Shown one piece after another: positions 55,012-64,000 of a stretch of DNA of 64,000 nucleotides; the first letter of the stretch is position 1; every line of letters starts with the position of its first letter. This stretch comes from Candidatus Peribacteria bacterium RIFCSPLOWO2_12_FULL_55_15. GTDB taxonomy: Bacteria > Patescibacteriota > Gracilibacteria > Peribacterales > Peribacteraceae. Both the position numbers and the translations under genes were made by a program. The stretch is from NCBI GenBank assembly GCA_001789045.1, contig MFYG01000021.1, positions 13,341 to 77,340 on the forward strand, in the 5' to 3' direction. The notes beneath the pieces are model-generated. The model was not told the DNA's origin and did no database searches. It saw only the letters and a program-made list of their open reading frames with translations.

Positions 55012-56784
55012 TCATTTCACTGTCACGCTTTTCGCTAAATTTCTCGGCATATCGGGGTCTTTGCCCCGTTGAACGGCGAGGAAGTATGCGAGGACTTGAA
55101 TGGGGATGATGTTGACGATTGCCTGGGCGGCGCCGACATCGGGGACGCGGATCCATTCGTCGAAGATCTCGTTGCGTTCTGGGGCTAGGCCGATGAGGAA
55201 TGCCCCTCGCGCTTTCAATTGGGTGGCGTTACTAAGGATATCCGGCGTTGCTTCGTCATTCCCTGCGAGCACGATGCATGGGGTTCCTGTCTCAATGAGG
55301 GCAATTGGTCCGTGTTTGAGTTCTCCTCCTGCAAATCCCTCAGCGTGAATGTAGCTCACTTCCTGAATTTTGATCGCGCTTTCAAGTGCCATGGGATAGT
55401 TCCAACTGCGTCCAATAATGTAGAGGTTTTCCTTATTCTTGAGAATTTCTGCCAGATGTTGCAGGCGCTCGACGTAGCGGGGATTGAGGAGATCATTAAT
55501 CGCCGATGCGGTCTCGAGGAGGAGTTTTTTCCCTTCCTGGAGTTTTCCTGCGAGGGCGTAGACAATGAGGAGGAGGATGGCAAGTTGCCCCGTGAGTGCT
55601 TTCGTGGAGGCAACGGCGCGCTCTTGGCCGGCGTTGATGGGTAGGGAGAAATCGGCTTCCCGCGCGATCGTTGAGCTCTGCACGTTCACGATTGCCAGCA
55701 CTTTGCTGCCTTTCGCTTTCGCGATGCGCATGGCCTCGAGCACGTCGGCCGTCTCGCCACTCTGGCTCACGACGATCACGAGCGTGTCGGGAATGAGGAA
55801 GTGGTTGTAGAGCTTAAATTCCCCCGCCGAGATGACGTTCACGTGCTTGTCAGCGATGACGGAGAAGAAGTACTCCGCGGCCATGCAGGCTTTGTGGGCC
55901 GTGCCGCAGGCGGTGAGGATGGTGCCTTTCGCATTCTTGATGGCCTTGGCGATTGTGCGGATCTGTTCCTCGTCCTGATTCACCGCGCGTGCAACGCTCT
56001 TCTTCTGGTCCATGATTTCCTTCAGCATGAAGTGCGCGTAGTTCCCCTTCTCGGCTTGCTCCGTTATCCATGTAATCTCGATCTCGCGCTTCGTCCGCTC
56101 TTCACCCGTTGCAATATCGTAGAAGAGGATGCTCCGTCCATCCGTCACGGCCATCTCCCCGTCGTCAATGTATTGCACAGTGCGCGTGTGCGCGAGGAAA
56201 GCAGGCGAGTCGGAAGCGATGAAGTACCCGTCAGAGCCGACGCCGACAATCAGGGGCGACCCGGTGCGTGCTGCCACCATTGTCTGTGACTGTGTATGAA
56301 GAGCAAGGAAAGCATTGCGCCCCTCGCAGCGCAGACATGCTTTACGGAAGGCTGCCCCGAAGTCTGGCGTCTGTTTCATTTTTTCCTCCACGAGGTGCGC
56401 GACCACTTCTGTATCTGTTTCCGAGAGAAAGCGATGCCCCTTGTTCAAGAGCTCATCGCGGAGTTCCTGGTAGTTCTCGACGATGCCGTTGTGGATGACC
56501 GCGATTGTTCCGTCACAGGAAAGGTGAGGATGTGCGTTCTCTCTGGTGACTCCGCCATGCGTCGCCCAGCGCGTGTGGGCGATCGCAAGCGACGAGGACG
56601 ACCCGAATGCGGCTGGATCCAGGTGGCTTATCTTGCCGATATCTTTGCGCACCTCCATCGATTCTCCTACTTTCCATGCTATTCCCCAGGAATCGTATCC
56701 GCGGTACTCGAGGTTCTTGATGCCCTCAAGCACCAGCGAACCCGCGTCGCGCCGCGACCCAACGTATCCGGTAATTCCACACAT
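55012..56784 (-). CDS. glmS: Glutamine--fructose-6-phosphate aminotransferase
   Basis: MCGITGYVG N-terminal nucleophile, two SIS domains, and the C-terminal ...PRNLAKSVTVK. The MCG start is at 56784. Confidence 0.95.
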   Translation of the reverse strand: MCGITGYVGSRRDAGSLVLEGIKNLEYRGYDSWGIAWKVGESMEVRKDIGKISHLDPAAFGSSSSLAIAHTRWATHGGVTRENAHPHLSCDGTIAVIHNGIVENYQELRDELLNKGHRFLSETDTEVVAHLVEEKMKQTPDFGAAFRKACLRCEGRNAFLALHTQSQTMVAARTGSPLIVGVGSDGYFIASDSPAFLAHTRTVQYIDDGEMAVTDGRSILFYDIATGEERTKREIEITWITEQAEKGNYAHFMLKEIMDQKKSVARAVNQDEEQIRTIAKAIKNAKGTILTACGTAHKACMAAEYFFSVIADKHVNVISAGEFKLYNHFLIPDTLVIVVSQSGETADVLEAMRIAKAKGSKVLAIVNVQSSTIAREADFSLPINAGQERAVASTKALTGQLAILLLIVYALAGKLQEGKKLLLETASAINDLLNPRYVERLQHLAEILKNKENLYIIGRSWNYPMALESAIKIQEVSYIHAEGFAGGELKHGPIALIETGTPCIVLAGNDEATPDILSNATQLKARGAFLIGLAPERNEIFDEWIRVPDVGAAQAIVNIIPIQVLAYFLAVQRGKDPDMPRNLAKSVTVK

Positions 56785-56839
56785 GGTGGCCATTTTATGG
56801 TGGATTTGTGATTGGTCAATCCTCGTCTATACTCTTAGC

Positions 56840-57109
56840 ATGCCCCGAACACATTCTGCGATGAAAGCAGCACGACAAAACCGTATTCGACGGGAACGTC
56901 GTTTGCCGAACAGAACGCTGATGAAGACGATGATGCGAAAGACCGTAGAGGCCGTTACCGCTGGAAAGATCGAAGAGGCACAAAGAATCCTTCCTCTTGC
57001 CATGAAGTCCATCGATATGGCTGCCAAGAAGCACATCATCCATCCTCGTAATGCTGCACGGAAGAAGTCGCGGCTATCTCGGTGTGTCCATGCGTATCTT
57101 GGCGCTTGA
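56840..57109 (+). CDS. rpsT: 30S ribosomal protein S20
   Basis: MPRTHSAMKAARQNRIRRERRLPNRTLMKT...HPRNAARKKSRLS is present. Confidence 0.85.
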   Translation: MPRTHSAMKAARQNRIRRERRLPNRTLMKTMMRKTVEAVTAGKIEEAQRILPLAMKSIDMAAKKHIIHPRNAARKKSRLSRCVHAYLGA

Positions 57110-57470
57110 TATCGGTACGCGTCGAACAGGAGTTGCTTTTGCAGAGTGCCCGCCCGGAATTCCTTTTATTCTTACCACTCTACGTCATGAGTCCGTCCGT
57201 GGTTTTCTCGATCAAGTTGCACAGCTCGTAGACGTGCGATGCATTGATCATATCGTCGTCGGTTTACCTCTTCTTTCTTCGGGAAAAGAGGGAATGCAGG
57301 CGCAGCGTGTTCGTTCGCTTCTTTCATTGCTAGCGCTCTTGGGGGTGTGCGTGTCCACATTGGATGAACGGTATTCCACTTCACGCAATTCCTCCCAAAA
57401 TCCGGATGCGGTGGCAGCATGTATGATACTCACAGTATTCATTGATAGATTAGACGCTAAAAGCTCCTAA
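57090..57470 (+). CDS. ruvX: YqgF/RuvX-like putative pre-16S rRNA nuclease / Holliday junction resolvase
   Basis: MRILALDIGTRRTGVAFAE and HIVVGLPL are present. It overlaps the rpsT end by 20 nt. Confidence 0.78.
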   Translation: MRILALDIGTRRTGVAFAECPPGIPFILTTLRHESVRGFLDQVAQLVDVRCIDHIVVGLPLLSSGKEGMQAQRVRSLLSLLALLGVCVSTLDERYSTSRNSSQNPDAVAACMILTVFIDRLDAKSS

Positions 57471-57510
57471 ATTCTTTGTTGTATCTCTTTAATTGTACCC
57501 TTTTCTGTGT

Positions 57511-57539
57511 TTGACTTAATTTATTTTTTGTTGTATTAA
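57511..57539 (+). promoter_or_regulatory. Near-consensus sigma-70 promoter in a 225-bp AT-rich spacer
   Basis: TTGACT, a 17-nt spacer, then TATTAA(T). It lies upstream of the 57696 gene. Confidence 0.5.
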
Positions 57540-57695
57540 TTAATACTTACTATGATTTCATTTTCTGAAAGCTTTTCTTTTTGTAAAAAATCTATGAAAA
57601 AACAACGGTGCAATTTCGTCCATTCAAACCTTGCGCTCATCTTTTACTCTCTGTCAATGTTCTGGTAGAACAAAGTAAGTACTTCCCTCTAATCT

Positions 57696-58802
57696 ATGTC
57701 TGATGCATCCTCTCCTACTCTTTCCCTCCTTCTCCAACGGAAGGTTGGGGCTGTGTCATCGTTCCACTTGCAGGACATTCTGCAAGATCTTTTTCTCGTT
57801 CTTACTGAGAAGGAGTCTGGTGTCATTAAGAAGCGTTTCGCACTTTTGGGACAGCCAAAACAAACGCTCGAGAGAATTGGGAGAGGGTTCCGTGTGACGC
57901 GGGAGCGCATACGGCAGATCGAGAGTATTGCCATCGGAAAGCTTCGGCGTACCGTACGAACGACGCGATTGAATGCTGTGAATGCATTAGCAAAAGAGCT
58001 CCTGCGAACTCATGGTGGTTTTATGCGAGAGGATGCACTTATCAGCCAGGTTCTAATGTTTGCCAAGAGTGGGACGGAATTAGATGGGGCGATCTTACGC
58101 CTTGCTTTTTCCATTGACAGCGATCTTGCTCGAGGAGGGTGTTCTGGCACGTTTGTACCATTCTGGCGCCTGTCCCCTCTTGTCATGGATGACATTTCTC
58201 TTGTTGAAGATGCCCTCGTGAAAGTGCTCAGAAAGCGGAAATCTTGCATGCATGGGGATGAACTTGTTGCTGCGGTGCAGTCTCTCCAGCTTTTCCGTGA
58301 TCGGGTGCCTAGTCTGGAACTCATTCAGAGTTGCCTTACTGTGGATGAGCGTTTGCGTGAGGTGGAGGATGGGTGGGGACTGACCGAGTGGCGCTTTGTC
58401 CGTCCCCGAAGTATCCGGGATAAGGTGGAGATTGTGCTCAAGAAGACAGGACATCCGCTTCATTTCATGGATATTGCCAATCATATTCGCGAAGAAAAGT
58501 TTGATCATAAGAATGTGACGGTCCAGGCGGTGCATAACGAGCTTATCCGCTATCCGCAGTTTGTTCTTGTCGGTCGTGGACTCTATGCACTCCAAGAATG
58601 GGGGTACGAGCCAGGGACAGTCGCGGAAGTCATTGAACGTATCTTGAAAGATAAAGGGCCGTTGAGTAAGCAGGAGATCATTGCAGAAGTTGCAAAACAG
58701 CGCACAGTAAAGATAGGTACTATTTCTCTTAATTTGCAGAAAATGCCGTACTTTGTACGTGTTGGGCGTGCTGTCTATGCTTTCGATGCGACGAAGAAGT
58801 AG
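57696..58802 (+). CDS. Sigma-70 region-4-like HTH protein fused to HARE-HTH-like C-terminal domains
   Basis: LTEKESGVIKKRFALLGQPKQTLERIGRGFRVTRERIRQIESIAIGKLR is a region 4.2 signature. I see no region 2. The C-terminal blocks HPLHFMDIANHI...LVGRGLYALQEW and PLSKQEIIAEV...RVGRAVYAF look like HARE-HTH. Confidence 0.6.
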   Translation: MSDASSPTLSLLLQRKVGAVSSFHLQDILQDLFLVLTEKESGVIKKRFALLGQPKQTLERIGRGFRVTRERIRQIESIAIGKLRRTVRTTRLNAVNALAKELLRTHGGFMREDALISQVLMFAKSGTELDGAILRLAFSIDSDLARGGCSGTFVPFWRLSPLVMDDISLVEDALVKVLRKRKSCMHGDELVAAVQSLQLFRDRVPSLELIQSCLTVDERLREVEDGWGLTEWRFVRPRSIRDKVEIVLKKTGHPLHFMDIANHIREEKFDHKNVTVQAVHNELIRYPQFVLVGRGLYALQEWGYEPGTVAEVIERILKDKGPLSKQEIIAEVAKQRTVKIGTISLNLQKMPYFVRVGRAVYAFDATKK

Positions 58803-59298
58803 ATGTGGATTGGGCGTTGTCTCCCTTTTCATCATCGTGTTGTTTGGATGCGCGCGTGGGCAGGAGGATGTTGTTCCCATTCCTCATGGGGATGTTTGGA
58901 TTCATGGTGTGCTCTCTCCGGCCGATCTTTCTCCAGTACGACGTGGTTCTTTTCTTCTTTCTCAAGAAGGGCACAATGTTTATTATGTCGAGAGTCCGAC
59001 AATTCATCTCCGTCGTTTTGTCGGGCGTGAACTCCTTTTCTATGGTGTTGTTGAATCCAATAGCGATCCAATGTCCCTTCCTGTTCTTGTGGTGCGTGAT
59101 GTGAGTTGGGGTGATGCATCTTCTTCCTCCTTTTCTTTTTCCTCCTTTTCTTCTCTTTCTTCCTCCATGTCGTACAGTGGTTCTGGCATTCCTTGTGGAG
59201 GGGATGGGGGGGTCCTCTGTCCGGAGGGAGAATACTGTGTGGTAGAATTACTGAGTTCCACCTTTGGTCACTGTCGTTCCATTGAGAATAGATTTTAG
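58786..59298 (+). CDS. Lipoprotein with a Ser-rich low-complexity linker and a small C-terminal 4-Cys motif
   Basis: MRRRSRCGLGVVSLFIIVLFGC carries a lipobox (LFGC). SSSSFSFSSFSSLSSSMSYSGSG and CGGDGGVLCPEGEYC....HC follow. Confidence 0.6.
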   Translation: MRRRSRCGLGVVSLFIIVLFGCARGQEDVVPIPHGDVWIHGVLSPADLSPVRRGSFLLSQEGHNVYYVESPTIHLRRFVGRELLFYGVVESNSDPMSLPVLVVRDVSWGDASSSSFSFSSFSSLSSSMSYSGSGIPCGGDGGVLCPEGEYCVVELLSSTFGHCRSIENRF

Positions 59299-59382
59299 TT
59301 TTTGCAAGTTCTCTTTCTTGACGAGGAGAAGTGCTTCACAGAGAGTGGTGTACGTTCGTTTACCCTCTTTCCCCTTTTCTGT

Positions 59383-60444
59383 ATGACGAAGCATGTTTCC
59401 AATTCTCCGAGTGCGAGCGCCGTTGCTGATCGTAAGGCTCATATTCATGGAACAGACACTGAAAAAATCGATTCACTTCGTCTTGCTCTTGTCCAGATTG
59501 AGAAACAATACGGTGAGGGAGCTATTATGAAGATGGGCGAAGGGAATGCCATACACGTCGCACGTTTTTCCTCGGGATCCCTTGCTCTGGACATTGCTCT
59601 TGGGGGAGGAATCCCGCGGGGGCGCATTATTGAGATCTTTGGTCCAGAGTCGTCAGGAAAAACGACATTGGCTCTTCATGCCATTGCTGAGGCACAGCGC
59701 ATTGGTGGGAAGGCCGCGTTCATTGATGCGGAGCATGCATTAGATGTACAGTATGCAAAGCGTATTGGTGTCAATATCGACGAGCTTCTTGTCTCGCAAC
59801 CTGATGATGGGGAGCAGGCACTCGAAATTACAGAAACACTCGTCCGTTCCGGTGCAGTGGATATCATTGTCATTGATTCCGTCGCAGCACTTACTCCGCG
59901 TGCGGAAATCGAGGGAATGATGGGAGATAATCATATGGGATTACATGCGCGACTAATGAGTCAGGCATTACGCAAGCTCACTGCTATTGTGGGGAAGACG
60001 AACTGTTCTGTGGTGTTCATTAATCAAATTCGCATGAAGATCGGGGTGATGTATGGTAATCCCGAGACGACGACAGGGGGGAATGCGTTGAAATTCTATA
60101 CTTCTATACGTCTTGATGTGCGGCGCATTGATAAAATCGTAGGGAAAGACAGTACGGAGAGTGATGTGATTATTGGGAGTCGAACCCGCGTGAAGGTTGT
60201 GAAAAATAAGATTGCGCCTCCCTTCCGGCAGGCAGAGTTTGATATTCTTTATGCGAAGGGGGTGAGTAAGGAGGGCGATGTACTTGATCTTGGTCTTCAT
60301 ATGGGTCTTCTCCAGAAGACTGGACATTACATTCAGTATGAGGGAGAGACCCTCGGTCAAGGGCGGGAACAGGCACGGGCGTTTCTTTGCGAACATCCGG
60401 AGATCACTCAAGCGCTGGAAAAGGTCATTCGTTCTCGCATGTAA
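59383..60444 (+). CDS. recA: Recombinase RecA
   Basis: [39 protein letters not shown] and VIDSVAAL are present. Confidence 0.96.
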   Translation: MTKHVSNSPSASAVADRKAHIHGTDTEKIDSLRLALVQIEKQYGEGAIMKMGEGNAIHVARFSSGSLALDIALGGGIPRGRIIEIFGPESSGKTTLALHAIAEAQRIGGKAAFIDAEHALDVQYAKRIGVNIDELLVSQPDDGEQALEITETLVRSGAVDIIVIDSVAALTPRAEIEGMMGDNHMGLHARLMSQALRKLTAIVGKTNCSVVFINQIRMKIGVMYGNPETTTGGNALKFYTSIRLDVRRIDKIVGKDSTESDVIIGSRTRVKVVKNKIAPPFRQAEFDILYAKGVSKEGDVLDLGLHMGLLQKTGHYIQYEGETLGQGREQARAFLCEHPEITQALEKVIRSRM

Positions 60445-60497
60445 TCCACATGCGGTTCCATTGCTCTCATATCTTTTCCTCTTTAGAATGATCATTG

Positions 60498-61859
60498 ATG
60501 CTCGCACAATCATCAACTTTTCTTGAAACTCCTCCGCATGCGCTCGAAGCGGAACGTACCGTGCTTGGCGCACTTCTCCTTGATCCTGAGGCTATTATCA
60601 AGGTGTCAGACTTTCTCCGTCCGGAGGACTTTTATGATCCACGATTGCGCAGTATTTGTCAGGTCATGTATGAGCTCTATCAGCGACATGAGCCCATAGA
60701 TTTCGTGACTGTGGCGAGTCGTTTGAGTGATTCCGGCATACTCAATGATGTTGGAGGAAGTGCTTTTCTCGCAGAGCTTGCTTCTTTAGTGCCCACTTCG
60801 TCCCACATTTACCAATACGGTCAGATTGTGAAGGAGAAAGCGGTGCATCGGAGTGTTATTGATGCGGGCCGGAAGATTGTTGGGTTTGGATATGATCTCG
60901 ATCTTCCTGTTGCGGAACTTTTAGACAGTGTAGAACGTACGGTGTTTTCTGTGACGAATACGGTGCTGAAGGAGAAATTTGTGCATATCCGTGACATTCT
61001 CGATGCACGGTACGAGCGTTTTGCCGAACTTCATGAGGCGGATGATCCCGATGCAGTAAAGGGCACGACAACAGGTTTCCACTCTCTCGATGCGAAGCTT
61101 TCCGGTTTCCAGCCGTCTGATCTCATCGTTCTTGCGGCACGGCCGAGCATGGGTAAGACAAGTTTGGCTCTAAACATTGCGCAAAACGCAGCCATTCGTT
61201 TTCAGAAAACAGTGGGTATTTTTTCTTTAGAAATGAGCAAAGAGCAGCTTGTGGATCGTTTATTTGCTTCTATGCTTGGCGTCGATTCGTGGAAGCTCCA
61301 ACGGGGGAAACTCGATGATACTGATTTTCAGAATATGGGACCCATTATGGATGAACTCAATAAAGCAAACATTTTCATCGATGACTCCGTTGCCTCTTCT
61401 CTGACGGAACTCCGTACCAAGGCGCGGCGTCTTCAGATGGAGCATGGATTGGATCTCCTCGTTGTTGATTACATCCAACTCATGACCACTGGAAATGTGA
61501 GTTATGCCGGGAATCGTGTGCAGGAGATTTCTGAAATTTCTCGTTGTCTCAAGCAATTGGCACGAGAGCTCCGCATCCCAGTTTTGGCGCTTTCCCAGCT
61601 GTCACGCGCTGTGGAGAGCCGGCCTGGGAATATTCCTCAGCTTTCGGATCTTCGGGAGTCTGGAGCGATAGAACAGGATGCTGATGTGGTGCTCATGATG
61701 TATCGTGAGGACTATTATGATGAGGAAAGCGGACGGCCAGGAATGACCGACGTCTATATTCGAAAACACCGCAATGGTCCGACTGGGCGAGTTGAGCTAC
61801 TCTTCAAAAAGGAGCAAATGCGTTTCTACGATGTGGACAAAGTCCACACATCCCAGTGA
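60498..61859 (+). CDS. dnaB: Replicative DNA helicase DnaB
   Basis: PPHALEAERTVLGALLLD, ARPSMGKTSLALNIA, LSLEMS and QLSRAVESR are present. Confidence 0.95.
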   Translation: MLAQSSTFLETPPHALEAERTVLGALLLDPEAIIKVSDFLRPEDFYDPRLRSICQVMYELYQRHEPIDFVTVASRLSDSGILNDVGGSAFLAELASLVPTSSHIYQYGQIVKEKAVHRSVIDAGRKIVGFGYDLDLPVAELLDSVERTVFSVTNTVLKEKFVHIRDILDARYERFAELHEADDPDAVKGTTTGFHSLDAKLSGFQPSDLIVLAARPSMGKTSLALNIAQNAAIRFQKTVGIFSLEMSKEQLVDRLFASMLGVDSWKLQRGKLDDTDFQNMGPIMDELNKANIFIDDSVASSLTELRTKARRLQMEHGLDLLVVDYIQLMTTGNVSYAGNRVQEISEISRCLKQLARELRIPVLALSQLSRAVESRPGNIPQLSDLRESGAIEQDADVVLMMYREDYYDEESGRPGMTDVYIRKHRNGPTGRVELLFKKEQMRFYDVDKVHTSQ

Positions 61860-61878
61860 ATGTTCCATTGCTTTCTTT

Positions 61879-62940
61879 ATGCCATTGTACGCTCTCCCCT
61901 TTCGTCCGGAAATCTCACTTGTCTCGATGTTTGGCTATGCACTGTTCGCATTCTTCGGCGTTCTTTTCCTCACTCCTGCCTTTGTCACGTTCCTTCGCTC
62001 GCACCGTATTGGGAAGCAGCTAAGAGTGGAGACGATCGATGGGAGGGAGCCGACGATGTTCCGGAAGTATCATGAGAGCAAGTTTGGGACACCGACGATG
62101 GGAGGTATCCTTATCTGGGGCGCCATTGTTCTTACGGTGTTCTTTTCCCGTGTTCTTTCATTCTTCGGTGTTGTTGAGCATTCTCTCCTCCAGCGTGGCC
62201 AGGTGTATCTGCCGCTCTTCGTTCTCGTTTTCCTTGGTACACTCGGCGCCATCGATGATTATCTCAATGTGCGTGGCGTTGGCCGGCGGAGGGGTCTTGA
62301 CGTTCTTCCGAAGATCAGTTTTCTCTTTCTTGTGGCGCTGGTCGCAGCGGCATGGTTCTATTTCAGACTCGGTTACGACAGTATTGCCATTCCTTTTTTT
62401 GGGGATGTCACTCTCGGTTGGTGGTATATCCCGCTCTTCGTGTTCCTCATCATTGGGACAGCAAATGCAGTGAACATCACCGATGGGTTGGATGGTCTTG
62501 CAGGCGGTCTTCTCGTCATCGCGTTCGGTGCATTAGGCGTGCTAGCGTATCTCAATGGTCTGTACATTCTGGCAGCGTTCTGCGCAGTCACTGTTGGGGC
62601 TGTTGCAGCATTTCTGTGGCAGAATGTGCCGCCTGCTCTTTTCTTTATGGGGGATACAGGTTCTCTCGCTCTTGGTGGTGTCCTTGCTATGATTGCGCTT
62701 ATGATTGACCAAGTTGCTGTTCTGCCGTTCATTGGCAGTGTCTTTGTTCTCGAAACACTTTCGGTCATTCTCCAACTCATCAGTAAGAGGTTTCGATGCG
62801 GGAAGAAGGTATTCCTCGCCGCTCCTCTCCATCATCACTTTGAGGCATTAAATTGGGGGGAGAGCAAGGTCACCATGCGTCTCTGGATCATTGGGGGGTT
62901 CTTTGCCTTCCTCGGCATTGTGCTTGCGGTGATTTGGTGA
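61879..62940 (+). CDS. mraY: Phospho-N-acetylmuramoyl-pentapeptide transferase
   Basis: KFGTPTMGGILI, NAVNITDGLDGLA, MGDTGSLALGG and PLHHHFE are present. Confidence 0.92.
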   Translation: MPLYALPFRPEISLVSMFGYALFAFFGVLFLTPAFVTFLRSHRIGKQLRVETIDGREPTMFRKYHESKFGTPTMGGILIWGAIVLTVFFSRVLSFFGVVEHSLLQRGQVYLPLFVLVFLGTLGAIDDYLNVRGVGRRRGLDVLPKISFLFLVALVAAAWFYFRLGYDSIAIPFFGDVTLGWWYIPLFVFLIIGTANAVNITDGLDGLAGGLLVIAFGALGVLAYLNGLYILAAFCAVTVGAVAAFLWQNVPPALFFMGDTGSLALGGVLAMIALMIDQVAVLPFIGSVFVLETLSVILQLISKRFRCGKKVFLAAPLHHHFEALNWGESKVTMRLWIIGGFFAFLGIVLAVIW

Positions 62941-62944
62941 GATA

Positions 62945-64000
62945 ATGGGCATCCCAATGATTCGTGTTGCTATCAATGGGTATGGGCGTATCGGACGGAA
63001 TGTCCACCGGCAGTTCCTTATGCGTTTTGCCGATGTTGTCGAGGTTGTTGCCGTGAATGCCTCATCTGCTCCCGACATGCGGGCGTACCTTCTGAAGTAC
63101 GATTCTCTCCATGGCCGTCTCCTTGCGGACGTTCGGGTGGATGGGGATGATCTTCTTGTGAATGGGAAGCGTGTTCGTGTTGTTCAGGAGCGCGATCCTT
63201 CGTGTTGCCCTTGGCAAGAGTTTTCCGTAGATGTTGTCGTGGAATCGACGGGGAATTTTTTGACATGGGAGGAAGTTTGTGGGCACCTTCAAGCAGGAGC
63301 GAAGCGCGTTGTTGTCACCGCTCCGATGAAGGATACGACTCCGACGATTGTCCCCGGAGTCAATGACGACACTCTAGCGGCAGATATGGACATCATCTCG
63401 ACAGCATCCTGTACGACGAACTGCATTGCCCCGGTGATCAAGGTGATCGATGCCGCATATGGTGTGGAATCTCTTCTCGTCAGTTCTGTCCACGCGTACA
63501 CCGCTTCTCAGAACCTTCTTGATAACAAGGCTCAGGAACCTGGGGAACTTCGCCGCGCGCGCGCCGCCACGCTATCGGTCATTCCTACGAAGACTGGGGC
63601 GGTTCGTGCCTGTGATGCGATCTTTCCGCATTTGAAAGGGCGCATGGATGGGATGGCATTCCGTGTTCCTGTTCCTACAGTGAGTTGTGCGTACATGGCG
63701 TTCCTTCTCCGTCGGGAAGCTACCGTTTGTGAGATACATCAGCACATGCGTACCGCATCGTTGCAACCGGAACTCCGTGGTATTCTTGCAGTGTCCGATG
63801 ACGAATGTGTGTCCATCGATTTCCAGACTGATCCCCATTCCTCTATTGTCGATGCGCCGTCTACGAAGGTTGTGGGTGGTCGTGCTGCGCAGATTGTTTC
63901 GTGGTATGATAATGAGTGGGGGTATGCCATGCGTGTAACGGAGATGACACTACGTGTTGGAATGCAGCGTTCCTCTTCTCTTCCTTATGCCGTCTCCGTA
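62945..64000 (+). CDS. Second, divergent GAPDH-family dehydrogenase (3' end runs off the window; not in the ORF track)
   Basis: Hand translation from the ATG at 62945 gives MGIPMIRVAINGYGRIGR..., STASCTTNCIAP, VHAYTASQNLLD and WYDNEWGYA. There is no stop before 64000. NIIP and TGAAKA are replaced by SVIP and TGAVRA, and there is a short insertion (NKAQEPGE). Confidence 0.8.
   Translation, partial: MGIPMIRVAINGYGRIGRNVHRQFLMRFADVVEVVAVNASSAPDMRAYLLKYDSLHGRLLADVRVDGDDLLVNGKRVRVVQERDPSCCPWQEFSVDVVVESTGNFLTWEEVCGHLQAGAKRVVVTAPMKDTTPTIVPGVNDDTLAADMDIISTASCTTNCIAPVIKVIDAAYGVESLLVSSVHAYTASQNLLDNKAQEPGELRRARAATLSVIPTKTGAVRACDAIFPHLKGRMDGMAFRVPVPTVSCAYMAFLLRREATVCEIHQHMRTASLQPELRGILAVSDDECVSIDFQTDPHSSIVDAPSTKVVGGRAAQIVSWYDNEWGYAMRVTEMTLRVGMQRSSSLPYAVSV

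Noticed and set aside
56785-56839. glmS ribozyme upstream of glmS
   Set aside because: Only about 55 nt separate the glmS start from the divergent rpsT start, which is far too short for the ribozyme. No conserved core was seen.
57471-57695. oriC in the AT-rich spacers (57471-57695 and also 14759-14879)
   Set aside because: There are no clustered DnaA boxes. The only candidate is a single 7/9 match, ATTTCCACA, at about 14871. Both spacers are better explained as promoter regions.
1-64000. Alternative genetic code (UGA reassigned, as in SR1/Gracilibacteria)
   Set aside because: Conserved genes end at TGA at the expected length (ftsZ, pgk, xer). No conserved gene is split by in-frame TGA.

Overview
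This is a gene-dense chromosomal segment with about 58 protein genes and 4 tRNAs. I found no rRNA, no CRISPR array and no recognisable transposon or prophage. The genetic code is standard, because UGA terminates ftsZ, pgk and xer. Most genes are housekeeping. Division and envelope: ftsA-ftsZ, ftsB-like, murC, mraY, PBP2, glmS, lgt, rseP. Replication and repair: dnaA, dnaB, recA, ruvX, xer. Translation: infB, lepA, thrS, tyrS, obg, rplS, rpmA, rplI, rpsT, cca, rluD. Glycolysis: eno, pgk and two GAPDH paralogues. dnaK is also present. The compact layout, the lineage-specific orphan proteins, the near absence of Shine-Dalgarno motifs and the pilin-like and SLH surface proteins suggest an uncultivated small-genome lineage (Patescibacteria/CPR-like); this is inference only. 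The observations most worth a second look are these. (1) A three-gene minus-strand cassette (18.5-21.9 kb) whose middle protein joins six tandem cystine-knot-like modules (C-x6-C-x5-CC...) to a VirB2/TrbC-like two-helix pilin domain. It is followed by a large polytopic membrane protein with a polyproline tail, and no secretion ATPase lies nearby. (2) A WecA/MraY-family glycosyltransferase gene carrying three separate in-frame tracts of five tandem heptanucleotides, which has the look of a triple phase-variation switch. (3) A canonical 28-bp dif-like site that overlaps the start codon of the xer gene, with an extra half-site 42 bp upstream and a truncated gene remnant at the xer 3' end. (4) -10-like hexamers 6-9 nt upstream of many start codons, suggesting widespread leaderless translation. 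One secreted protease gene is the exception: it has a perfect SD, a frameshifted signal peptide and a very strong terminator. (5) A tRNA-Ile with a genomic UAU anticodon. (6) At least three families of small dispersed hairpin repeats, one of them showing compensatory stem changes. All product calls come from motif recognition by eye. No database search or computation was run.
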